This document shows positions 18,335 to 26,389 of a DNA stretch of 40,339 nucleotides, one piece after another. Numbering within the stretch: the stretch's first letter is position 1; each line of letters starts with the position of its first letter. A program made the translations under genes and the position numbers. Source of the stretch: Actinomycetes bacterium (GTDB taxonomy: Bacteria > Actinomycetota > Thermoleophilia > Gaiellales > Gaiellaceae); contig JANNQQ010000110.1 in NCBI GenBank assembly GCA_031400835.1, positions 1 to 40,339 of the forward strand. The letters run 5' to 3'. The notes below the pieces were generated by a model that searched no databases, had not been told where the DNA came from, and saw nothing but the letters and a program-made list of their open reading frames with translations.

Positions 18335-18742
18335 ATGAAGGTTGGCGTGTTGAGCGGGCGATGCGCGTGCCGTGTCGTTGAGTTCGAGATCTCTGACGAG
18401 TTCGTCGAAGCGTACAACTGCCACTGCTCCCACTGCCGTGCGATGACGGGCTCTGCCTTCTTTCCCTGGGGCGAGATCGAGCCCGCGTCGCTGAGGCTAA
18501 CGAAGGGGGCTGATTCGTTGCTTGTGCAAGGCGATGCGGACGGACACCACGCTGTGCGCTGCGAGGAGTGCTGCTCGCTTCTGTACTACTCGGGCTACGA
18601 AGGCAAGATCCGGATTCCGTATGGCACGCTGATCGACGAGCCGACGCTCAAGCCCACCGCGCACATGTTCGTAGGCTCGAAGGCTTCGTGGCACGAGATC
18701 CTCGACGATCTACCGCGGTACGAAGAATCTCCTTGGGCTTGA
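18335..18742 (+). CDS. GFA/CENP-V family protein
   Basis: G.C.C, CHCSHCR..TGS, C..C.S, P..H.FV.SKA.W..I.DDLP. ATG 18335 lies 7 nt after TAGGTT. Confidence 0.9.
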   Translation: MKVGVLSGRCACRVVEFEISDEFVEAYNCHCSHCRAMTGSAFFPWGEIEPASLRLTKGADSLLVQGDADGHHAVRCEECCSLLYYSGYEGKIRIPYGTLIDEPTLKPTAHMFVGSKASWHEILDDLPRYEESPWA

Positions 18743-18770
18743 CCCGCTGACTCCTTCTACACCGGCTCTG

Positions 18771-18801
18771 GTGACATTCCCTCACACTGGGGCATGCGGT
18801 T
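18771..18801 (+). repeat. cassette-boundary site copy 4
   Basis: GTGACATTCCCTCACACTGGGGCATGCGGTT. Confidence 0.8.
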
Positions 18802-18869
18802 GCCGTTACCCACAGGCTCTCGACGAGCGCTTGCGGGGTCATCTGATTCTCTCGAGCTAGACTCGGCCG

Positions 18870-19685
18870 ATGGCTGAGAAGCCGGAAGTTCCCGACCATT
18901 ACAGCGCTCAGTACGGGCAGTTCGCAGCTGAGGTTCATGGGCAGGTTCGACGGGCGGCGTTTGGTGAGGACATCGGCCAGAACAGCTGGCTAACGGTCGA
19001 CGAGCTCGAGCGGTTCGCAGCTTGGCTCGAGATTGGAAAGTCGAGCCGTCTCCTGGATGTCGCGTGTGGCTCCGGTGGGCCTACCTTGTACCTTGCGCGG
19101 CTGACGGGATGCGAGATCGTCGGCGTCGAACTGTACGCGGAGGCTGTCGCGAACGGGAACCGGATGGCTCTCGAGGCTGGGTTGGAGACGCAGGCGAGGT
19201 TTGTGCAGGCAGACGCCAGCCAACCGCTCCCGCTCGAGAGCAGCACCTTCGACGCGATTCTCTGCGTCGATGCGATCAACCATCTTCGCGACCGCCACCG
19301 GGTCCTGTCTGATTGGGCTCGCTTGCTCACTGCGGGTGGGCGGCTTCTCTTTACCGATCCGCTGACGGTGACGGGCGTGCTTGGCAGCGACGAGATCGCG
19401 ACCCGGACGTCGATCGGGTACGGCCTGTTCGCACCGAAGGGTGAGAACGAACGGCTGCTCGCTGAGGTTGGCTTGAACGTGGTCACGGTTGAGGACACAA
19501 CCGACAGCAAGGCGGAGGTAGCGCGTCGACGCTACGACGCTCGTGCGCAGCACGAGACGGCACTGAGACAGGTTGAAGGAGACGAGACGTTCGATGGCCG
19601 CCAGCGTTTCTTCGACGTCGCCTCCACGCTTGCCGACGAACGACGGCTCTCGAGGTATGTCTTCGTCGCAGCAAAGCCGACCTAG
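18870..19685 (+). CDS. class I SAM-dependent methyltransferase
   Basis: LLDVACGSGG motif I, GVE, ADA..PLP....FDAI, L..GG.L..TD. Confidence 0.9.
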   Translation: MAEKPEVPDHYSAQYGQFAAEVHGQVRRAAFGEDIGQNSWLTVDELERFAAWLEIGKSSRLLDVACGSGGPTLYLARLTGCEIVGVELYAEAVANGNRMALEAGLETQARFVQADASQPLPLESSTFDAILCVDAINHLRDRHRVLSDWARLLTAGGRLLFTDPLTVTGVLGSDEIATRTSIGYGLFAPKGENERLLAEVGLNVVTVEDTTDSKAEVARRRYDARAQHETALRQVEGDETFDGRQRFFDVASTLADERRLSRYVFVAAKPT

Positions 19686-19711
19686 TTCTGCGCCTCCGCT
19701 ATCCCGGTCAT

Positions 19712-19742
19712 GTGACATTCCCAACCAACGGCGCAGACCAGC
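19712..19742 (+). repeat. cassette-boundary site copy 5
   Basis: GTGACATTCCCAACCAACGGCGCAGACCAGC. Confidence 0.78.
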
Positions 19743-19775
19743 ACGGCCGCTCGTCCGACCTGATCTGATGCAGCT

Positions 19776-20294
19776 ATGCAGCTACGCGGAGTAGTGCTCG
19801 TCGAGGGCACGAGCGACCGCCGCGCCGTCGAGACGCTTGCGCGACGCCGCGGTCGCGACCTCCAGGCCGAGGGCATCGCCATCGTGTCGATGGGCGGCTA
19901 CGGGAATCTCCCACGCCTCCTCGGGCAGTACCGCGACGTGCGACGCGCGGGGCTCTACGACGTCGGCGAGGAGCGACATTTCTTGCGCTCGTTGGGGTGT
20001 GACGACCGTGGCGAGCTCGAGCGCTTTGGGTTCTACGCCTGCACGCGCGACCTCGAGGACGAGCTGACGCGGGCGATTGGGCCGAAGGGAATGGAGCGCG
20101 TGCTCGCGGAGCAGGGCGAGCTGCACGCGTTCCGGACGTACCAGAGGCAGCCCGCGCACCGCGACCGGCCGCTCGAGGAACAGCTGCACGGCTTCATGTG
20201 GAACCGTAAGCAGAAGTACGCCGTCCTCTTGGTGGAGGCGCTCGATCTCGAGCGCGTCCCGCGGCCGCTCGACCGCGTCTTGACGCACCTCTAG
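19776..20294 (+). CDS. stand-alone TOPRIM domain protein (OLD-nuclease-like TOPRIM)
   Basis: VVLVEGTSD, IVSMGG, LYD..E and DLEDEL motifs. No ATPase domain. Confidence 0.8.
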   Translation: MQLRGVVLVEGTSDRRAVETLARRRGRDLQAEGIAIVSMGGYGNLPRLLGQYRDVRRAGLYDVGEERHFLRSLGCDDRGELERFGFYACTRDLEDELTRAIGPKGMERVLAEQGELHAFRTYQRQPAHRDRPLEEQLHGFMWNRKQKYAVLLVEALDLERVPRPLDRVLTHL

Positions 20295-20514
20295 CTCAGC
20301 GCACGTGGGGAGGCACGCGGTAGCTACTCGCGGGCAAGCGCGACGCCGCTGACCGCCCGAGATGCCATGATCCGCACCGCTGTAACCCCCTCCACACGGA
20401 ACCTTCACCGAATCCCCTCACATGGATGATGCGTATCCCTTAGAAAGGGGGCATCCGATTGTGGTTCCGCGTCGAAATACAAGTACACACCAAAACGTTT
20501 GAACTAAAAGAGAG

Positions 20515-20718
20515 ATGTCAACCACACACTTCACCCCTGTTCTTGAGCCCGAGATCGAGGCCGTCGAGCGGTGGCGCCTCTTTTCTCTCGAGCGTGCCGG
20601 ATATGACGCCGAGTCGGCATCGGTTCTGGCTGCGTCCCACGAGGTCGACCTCCATCGGGCGGTTGAGCTTGTCGAGCGCGGTTGCCCAGTCGCAGTCGCG
20701 CTTCAGATCCTTCTGTAG
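20515..20718 (+). CDS. small hypothetical protein
   Basis: 67-aa ORF (WR...LERAGY...A..LA....VDLH.A..L...GCP...A..IL) after an AT-rich upstream region, followed by a hairpin. Confidence 0.7.
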   Translation: MSTTHFTPVLEPEIEAVERWRLFSLERAGYDAESASVLAASHEVDLHRAVELVERGCPVAVALQILL

Positions 20719-20738
20719 GACGATTTGGTCGTCCTTTC

Positions 20739-20766
20739 CCTCGCGTCGCGGCACCGCGGCGCGAGG
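20739..20766 (+). terminator. GC-rich hairpin, putative terminator
   Basis: CCTCGCGTCGCGG ... CCGCGGCGCGAGG inverted repeat (one G-U pair) about 20 nt after the stop. Confidence 0.5.
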
Positions 20767-20793
20767 ACTCGTGTGCTTGCGTTTGGTTGTAAG

Positions 20794-20823
20794 TTGACAC
20801 TAACGTAAGCGATGACTTAATAT
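20794..20823 (+). promoter_or_regulatory. sigmaA-type promoter with overlapping palindromic operator (probable ArsR autoregulation)
   Basis: TTGACA(20794)-18 nt-TAATAT(20818), 7 nt before ATG 20831. TAAG-N6-CTTA at 20806-20819. Confidence 0.7.
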
Positions 20824-20830
20824 CGCTCGC

Positions 20831-21151
20831 ATGGAGGCAGCCATGCGAGCGATTGCGGAACCGCGGCGACGCGCAATTCTCCGTCTCGTGCGCGACGAGG
20901 AGCGTACGGCCGGAGACATTGCGTCGCATTTCGACGTCACACGCCCAGCTGTCTCCCAGCACCTGTCTGTCCTGAAGGAGGCCGGTCTCGTGAGCGAGCG
21001 GCGCAATGGGACGAAGCGGCTCTACCGCGCACGACCCGAAGGTCTCGTCGAGCTGAGAGCGTTTCTCGACGAGCTCTGGGGCGACCGGCTAGAGGCGCTC
21101 AAACGAGAAGCGGAACGAGAGGAGCGGAGGAAGCGTGACAAGCACAGCTGA
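20831..21151 (+). CDS. ArsR/SmtB family transcriptional regulator
   Basis: AIAEP.RR.IL, wHTH TRPAVSQHL.VLKEAGLV..RR.G..R.Y. Confidence 0.92.
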   Translation: MEAAMRAIAEPRRRAILRLVRDEERTAGDIASHFDVTRPAVSQHLSVLKEAGLVSERRNGTKRLYRARPEGLVELRAFLDELWGDRLEALKREAEREERRKRDKHS

Positions 21152-21605
21152 AACTGCCGCGCTCCAGCGCGAGCTACAGATCGATGCCAGCCCGGAGACG
21201 GTCTGGGAGTTTCTCGTCGATCCGGAGAAGTCCGTGCGCTGGATGGGCATGAACGCGACGTTCGATGCGCGGCCTGGGGGAGAGTATCGCTGCAGTGTCA
21301 TCCCGGGTCATACTGCGAGCGGGGCGTTCGTCGAGCTCGAACCACCGCGGCGCCTGGTCTTTACGTGGGGGTGGGAGCCCGGTGAGGATGGCGCAAAGGC
21401 GGTGCCGCCTGGTTCATCCGTGATCGAAATTGAGCTTGAGCCCGAGGGCGAGGGTACCCGGCTCCGGTTTACGCATCGAGACTTCCCGAACGCCGAAGCG
21501 GCCAAGGGTCATGAGGCCGGATGGGATCACTATCTCGCCCGGCTCGTAACGGCGGCCGCCGGCGGTGACCCGGGCGCCGACCCGTGGCTGAGCGGAGAGA
21601 TGTAG
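21135..21605 (+). CDS. SRPBCC/AHSA1 domain protein
   Basis: IDASPETVW..L.DP....W, PP.RLVFTW, GT.L..TH, H..GW..YL..L. Confidence 0.9.
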   Translation: MTSTAETAALQRELQIDASPETVWEFLVDPEKSVRWMGMNATFDARPGGEYRCSVIPGHTASGAFVELEPPRRLVFTWGWEPGEDGAKAVPPGSSVIEIELEPEGEGTRLRFTHRDFPNAEAAKGHEAGWDHYLARLVTAAAGGDPGADPWLSGEM

Positions 21606-21632
21606 CCAACACCAACGAGCGAGGAGCATGAC

Positions 21633-21980
21633 GTGGCGAACCCTGTAGTTCACTTCGAAGTCCTTGGGAAGGATCGCGAGAAGCTCGCGGGCTTCTACAA
21701 GGAGCTGTTCGGCTGGAAGACCCAGGACCACCTCGACATGGGGTACTCGATCGTCGAGAAGGAAGAAGGCGGTATCGGCGGCGGCATAGGGGAGAGCAAG
21801 GACGGAGCGAGTCACGTGACGTTCTACGTTGCGACCGAGGATCCGCAGGCCACGCTCGACAAGGCAGTGAGTCTCGGCGGCACCGTGGTCATGCCGCTAA
21901 CGGAACTCCCCATGGTGACGCTCGCGCTCTTCACCGATCCGGAAGGACACACGATCGGCATCATCAAAGCAGGCGAATAG
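21633..21980 (+). CDS. VOC/glyoxalase family protein
   Basis: NPVVHFE, FY..LFGW, GIGGGI, A.F.DPEG..IG. AGGAG ribosome-binding site upstream. Confidence 0.9.
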   Translation: MANPVVHFEVLGKDREKLAGFYKELFGWKTQDHLDMGYSIVEKEEGGIGGGIGESKDGASHVTFYVATEDPQATLDKAVSLGGTVVMPLTELPMVTLALFTDPEGHTIGIIKAGE

Positions 21981-21997
21981 GGTCCAGAGTCCACAGC

Positions 21998-22098
21998 CCA
22001 GTCCAGACTTCAGTCTGCACTGGGGGGAGTGGCGGTTCGTCGCGTCTTGGTGCGGTTGGCTGTGCGCTTCCTTCAGCGCAGACTGAAGTCTGGGCTGG
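21998..22098. repeat. REP-like inverted doublet (REPIN-like)
   Basis: CCAGTCCAGACTTCAGTCTGCACTG (21998-22022) and its near reverse complement CAGCGCAGACTGAAGTCTGGGCTGG (22074-22098). Each arm is itself a CAGACT-N2-AGTCTG hairpin. Confidence 0.75.
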
Positions 22099-22155
22099 CG
22101 CTGGGGTGGGCTGGTGGGTACTGGGCTTCGAGCGTGTACCTACAATGCGCCGCGC

Positions 22156-23031
22156 ATGTCGATCCTTGCTTCGATCCCGTCGCCATCGACGGGAGCACTC
22201 GACCTCGGGCCGTTCACGATTCATCTGTACGGGCTGACGCTGCTGGCCGCGATTGGCGTCGGGGTGTTCGTCACCGGTCGCCGCTGGGTCACGCAGGGTG
22301 GCGACTGGGATCTCATCTTCCGCTGCACCGTCTGGGGAGTCGCCGCCGGAATCGTCGGGGCGCGGGGTTACCACCTGCTTACGAGCTGGGGAGAAGTGCC
22401 TGATGGCTGGACGGGGCCGTTCGCGATCTGGAAGGGCGGCCTCGGTGTCTGGGGCGGGATCGCCGCAGGCTGCATCACCGGCGCGCTCGTCGCGCGGCGC
22501 TCGGGCGCGAACGTCTCGCTCCTCGCCGACTGTCTCGCACCCGGCCTCCTGCTCGCGCAGGCGGTCGGTCGCCTCGGTAACTGGTGGAACCAGGAACTCT
22601 ACGGTAGGCCAACCGACCTTCCCTGGGGGCTTGAGATCGACCCCGGCAACCGACCGCTTGCCTACTTGGATAGCGCGACGTTTCATCCCACGTTCCTCTA
22701 CGAGCTGCTCTGGAATCTCCTCGCCGCCGCGATCCTGATCTTCGTGATCGAGCGACGCGTGAAGCCAAGGCCGCCAGGTCTCTTCGCCGCCTACGTTGCG
22801 CTCTACTGCTTCGGTCGGTTCTGGATCGAGTTGCTCCGTATCGACGAGGCGAATGAGCTGCTCGGGATGCGCATCAACGCCTGGGTGTCGCTGATCGGGA
22901 TCGTCTCTGGAGCCGTCGCGTACGTCCTCATTCAGCGTCGCGGTCGGGTGCCGAAACCGCCAGCGATCAGGAAAGTGGCGAAGCCGACGAAGCAGCCAAA
23001 GATGACCGTACCGCGCAAGTCGCGCGGCTGA
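22156..23031 (+). CDS. lgt: prolipoprotein diacylglyceryl transferase
   Basis: HLYG, GAR.YH, IWKGGL..WGG, QA.GR.GN.WNQELYG, HPTFLYE, RF.IE.LR. Confidence 0.95.
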   Translation: MSILASIPSPSTGALDLGPFTIHLYGLTLLAAIGVGVFVTGRRWVTQGGDWDLIFRCTVWGVAAGIVGARGYHLLTSWGEVPDGWTGPFAIWKGGLGVWGGIAAGCITGALVARRSGANVSLLADCLAPGLLLAQAVGRLGNWWNQELYGRPTDLPWGLEIDPGNRPLAYLDSATFHPTFLYELLWNLLAAAILIFVIERRVKPRPPGLFAAYVALYCFGRFWIELLRIDEANELLGMRINAWVSLIGIVSGAVAYVLIQRRGRVPKPPAIRKVAKPTKQPKMTVPRKSRG

Positions 23032-23063
23032 TCGCGTCCGACACTGAGGCTAGGGTCAGTGTG

Positions 23064-23867
23064 ATGGCGACCTCCGTGCGCGAGCTGGAGCTGGACCTCG
23101 ACGCCTTCGAGGGGCCGTTCGATCTCCTTCTGACCCTCATTCTCAAGGATCAGCTTGCGCCAGCAGATATCGACATCGCCTCAATCGTGGTCGCGTTTGT
23201 CGCTCACCTCGCCGAGCGCGACGAGCTTGATCTCGACGCCTGCGGCGAGTTCCTCGTGCTCATCGCAGCGCTGCTTGAGATCAAGGCGCGACATCTGTTC
23301 CCTGACGAGGAGGCAGAGCTCTCCGACCTCGAGCCGGAGGAAGCAGCAGAGGAGCTCGCGAGGAGGCTGGCCGAGTACCGGCGCATGAAGGAGGCGGCCG
23401 GATGGCTACGGGAACGGCTTCTCGATGAGCGCGAGCGCTTCTTCCGGCTTGGCCCTGCGCCGCTCGCCCCGCGGCCCGAGCGGCGGCTCGCCGACCAGGA
23501 TCCGGAGCAGCTCGCCGCGGTGCTGAGAGGGTTGGCCGTCGAACCGCCGAAGGTGTCGCTCTCGCACATGGCGCTTCGCTTCCCGCCCGTCTCGCAGTTC
23601 ATCGAGCGCTTCCGCGCTCTGCTTCGGCGCCGCCGCACCCTCGATTTCGACACCGAGGTCGCCGAGCTCACGCGCGTCGAACAGGCCGTTGCCTTCCTCG
23701 CGCTTCTTGAGCTGCGGAAGGAGGGCGAGGTGCTGATCTCGCAGGCGGCCCCGTTCGCCCCGATCCGCATCTCGCGCGTTGCCACGCGCGGCGCGTTGCC
23801 TGCGGCCGACCTTCACAGCCTTCCCGACGACGAAAGGACGCCGACGTGGACCGCCCGCTCCGCCTGA
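23064..23867 (+). CDS. scpA: segregation and condensation protein A
   Basis: FEGPFDLLL.LI, EFLV..A.LL.IK, FLALLEL.K...I.Q..PF. Confidence 0.93.
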   Translation: MATSVRELELDLDAFEGPFDLLLTLILKDQLAPADIDIASIVVAFVAHLAERDELDLDACGEFLVLIAALLEIKARHLFPDEEAELSDLEPEEAAEELARRLAEYRRMKEAAGWLRERLLDERERFFRLGPAPLAPRPERRLADQDPEQLAAVLRGLAVEPPKVSLSHMALRFPPVSQFIERFRALLRRRRTLDFDTEVAELTRVEQAVAFLALLELRKEGEVLISQAAPFAPIRISRVATRGALPAADLHSLPDDERTPTWTARSA

Positions 23868-24457
23868 TCTCCGCCGTTGCTGACAACCCAATCGACGCGC
23901 TCGCGAGGACGATCGAAGCGTTGCTCGTGGTTGCCTCTCAACCGCTCGCCGTCTCTGAGTTGATCGAAGCCACAGAGGATCATGAGGAGAGGATCGAGAC
24001 GGCACTGGGGCTACTCGGTGAGCGCTACCGCGAAGGGCGCAGCGGCATCGTTCTCGAGCACGTTGCGGGTGGGTACGCGTTTCGCGCATCGCGCGAGGCG
24101 GCTTCGGCGTGCGGGCGGCTGTTTGAGCGTCCGGTCGAGCGTGGGCTTTCCCAGGCGGCGCTCGAGACGCTTGCGATCATCTCCTATCTTGGCCCGGTCT
24201 CTCGTCCCGAGATCGCACGGATCCGTGGCGTCGCCGCCGACTCGACCGTGGCAGCCCTTGTCGAACGAGGGCTCATCGCTGAGGCAGGGCGGGAGAACAC
24301 ACCTGGTGGGGCTGTGCGCTACAAGGTGACGCCGCTCTTCGAGCGCGTCTTCGGGCTCGAGTCACTCGCTGCGCTGCCGAGGCTCGATGACCTCGGAGCC
24401 GGGCCGGACGACATTCGCGAGCGGCTCATCGCCGTCGCCGAGGCGCGCGCGTCGTAG
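23846..24457 (+). CDS. scpB: segregation and condensation protein B
   Basis: IEALL, VAGG, LSQAALETLAII.Y..P.SR.EI..IRGV, FGL.SL..LP. Confidence 0.95.
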   Translation: MDRPLRLISAVADNPIDALARTIEALLVVASQPLAVSELIEATEDHEERIETALGLLGERYREGRSGIVLEHVAGGYAFRASREAASACGRLFERPVERGLSQAALETLAIISYLGPVSRPEIARIRGVAADSTVAALVERGLIAEAGRENTPGGAVRYKVTPLFERVFGLESLAALPRLDDLGAGPDDIRERLIAVAEARAS

Positions 24458-24523
24458 ATTCTCAGATGCCTTCTCAGTCTGGGAGGTAGGCCGGTGCGAT
24501 GGCGCGTCGTCGACGCGGTCGTC

Positions 24524-26119
24524 CTAGACGACCGCCTCGGTCGCGTGCGTGACCGGATCGTCAAGCACACGGAGAGCCTTGACGCAGTTACGACCGCCTT
24601 CCTTGGCAGCGTAGAGCGCGCGGTCGGCGCCGCGCAGAAGCGTCTCTGGATCCTCGCCGTCGGTGGGAAAGACGGCGATGCCGAAACTCGCCGACGGACT
24701 CTGTCCGACTCCCGAGATGCGCAGCGCAGCGACCCCGGCGCGGAGCTTCTCGCACAAGAGCAGGGCGCCATCGAGCTCGGTGTCGGGAAGGATCACGAGG
24801 AACTCCTCGCCGCCGAAGCGCGCTACGAAGTCGCTCGCCCTGACCGAAGCGCTGACGGTGTCTGCGACTGCCGCTAGCAACTGGTCGCCCTTGTCGTGGC
24901 CGTAAACATCGTTGACCTGCTTGAAATGGTCGAGATCGAAGCTGACGACGGCGCAGGGAGTTGCCGTCCGGCTGGCCATGGCAAGTGAGCGGCCGAGCGT
25001 CTCCTCCGCCGACCGGCGGTTCGCGAGCCCGGTGAGCGCGTCGGTGGCGGCTCGGGTCTCGGCCAGCTTGAGATTCCGCATGCTTGCCAGCACGGGGGCG
25101 GCGTAGCCGACGGCGACGGAAAGTCGCCGCTGGCCCCCTTGGTCAAGCGGCGTAGGCGTCTGCACGAGCACCGAGCCAATGACCTCGCCGCCGACGAGCG
25201 ATGGAACACACGTCACCGAGCCCTCGAGAGCTCCGCACAGCTCGCAGGCAAGCAGTGGAGAGCTTCCCGCCGCGCGACTGTTTGGTTGACCGAAGCGAAC
25301 CGCGAGACAGTCGTCCGGCTCGGCCTCGGGCATGATCTCAGCCAGCGGCGAATCGGCGCGCAGAGCGGTGACAGCCTCGAGGCGGTTACGGGAATTGTTG
25401 CGGTTGAGAACCGTCGCCGAGCTCTCGTCGAGCGACCGCTCGAGCTGACGCTTCAGCATGCGCTGCGCCTCGCGCTCGGAGCGCGCACCCTGCAGGGCGC
25501 GAGCAAACTCCTCTTGCTCGCCGCGGTGTCGGCGGTCTTCGTGCAGCAGCCGCCGCTCTCCGGCGACGCGCGCCGTGTACCGCCGCCAGGCGCGGGCGGC
25601 GGCGAGCCCTGCGGCGGCCGCGGCGAGTAACGCAATCGCGAAGCTGAACAGAACCATTGTGCGGCGTTGGACACGACCGGACGCGTCGCGTGAGCTGCGG
25701 ATGACCGCCTGGAGTGACGCATTCTGCTCGACGAAGCGCTCGACCAGCGCCGCGCGCGCGGCGGCACCGGCACGCTCCTCGGTTCCCGGAAGGAGAAGCG
25801 CCCGTGCGGTGGCGGAGCGCCAGCGGCGCCCCATGTCGGCCAACGCAAGCAGCGCGACGCGCTCCCGGGAGCCCTTCGGGGCGGCCGCGAGCCCATCTAC
25901 CAGCGCGAGATCAAAGCCCTCGCTGAGGCGGTCGAAACGGACTGCCGCTGACGGCCCTTCGGCCACGATCGCCTGGCGCAGCAGCTGGGTCTCCATCGCG
26001 GCGCTCGCCTGAAGCAGCCTCTGATCACTTTCGCCTGGGCTGGTGAGGACGATGATTACTGCAGCAGCGATGACACTCGCTGCGACCGGAAGGACAAGGA
26101 GCGCACGTCGGGGGGTCAT
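24524..26119 (-). CDS. membrane-anchored diguanylate cyclase (two TM segments, GAF-like region, GGDEF domain)
   Basis: DALTGLANRR, DLDHFKQVND.YGH..GD, RASD I-site, RFGGEEF, ADRALY.AK..GRN. Confidence 0.9.
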   Translation of the reverse strand: MTPRRALLVLPVAASVIAAAVIIVLTSPGESDQRLLQASAAMETQLLRQAIVAEGPSAAVRFDRLSEGFDLALVDGLAAAPKGSRERVALLALADMGRRWRSATARALLLPGTEERAGAAARAALVERFVEQNASLQAVIRSSRDASGRVQRRTMVLFSFAIALLAAAAAGLAAARAWRRYTARVAGERRLLHEDRRHRGEQEEFARALQGARSEREAQRMLKRQLERSLDESSATVLNRNNSRNRLEAVTALRADSPLAEIMPEAEPDDCLAVRFGQPNSRAAGSSPLLACELCGALEGSVTCVPSLVGGEVIGSVLVQTPTPLDQGGQRRLSVAVGYAAPVLASMRNLKLAETRAATDALTGLANRRSAEETLGRSLAMASRTATPCAVVSFDLDHFKQVNDVYGHDKGDQLLAAVADTVSASVRASDFVARFGGEEFLVILPDTELDGALLLCEKLRAGVAALRISGVGQSPSASFGIAVFPTDGEDPETLLRGADRALYAAKEGGRNCVKALRVLDDPVTHATEAVV

Positions 26120-26136
26120 GGTGATCGGCCCGCGCC

Positions 26137-26370
26137 TTACGCCGTGATGAGCTCGGCGACGGTGTTGGGCCTGAAGCCAGGAACGGCATGATCTCCGACG
26201 ATGACCGTAGGAGTAACCATCACGCCGAGCGCGACGAGCTCGTCGCGGTACGCAGGATCCTCACTCGTGTTTCGCTCCTCGAACGCGTGTCCGTGCTCGT
26301 CGAACAGTGCGCGGTACCGCGCACACAGAGGACAGCCTGTGGTCGAGTAGAGGACGATGGACTTGGGCAT
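26137..26370 (-). CDS. glutaredoxin/NrdH-like redoxin
   Basis: LYSTTGCPLC, TP.V.VG, GFRP. In-frame ATG at 26370. Confidence 0.85.
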   Translation of the reverse strand: MPKSIVLYSTTGCPLCARYRALFDEHGHAFEERNTSEDPAYRDELVALGVMVTPTVIVGDHAVPGFRPNTVAELITA

Positions 26371-26389
26371 AAGATCCGGGCTCTCCTGG

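Noticed and set aside
15766-19742. CRISPR array or classical integron as the explanation for the 31-bp repeats
   Set aside because: The intervals are 0.5-1.1 kb and contain whole genes, and there are no cas genes. There is no intI, and RYYYAAC/GTTRRRY ends are not consistently present.
20360-20430. Possible closing copy of the cassette site after the TOPRIM gene (e.g. GAATCCCCTCACATGG)
   Set aside because: It needs gaps and lacks both arms, so it cannot be told from chance.
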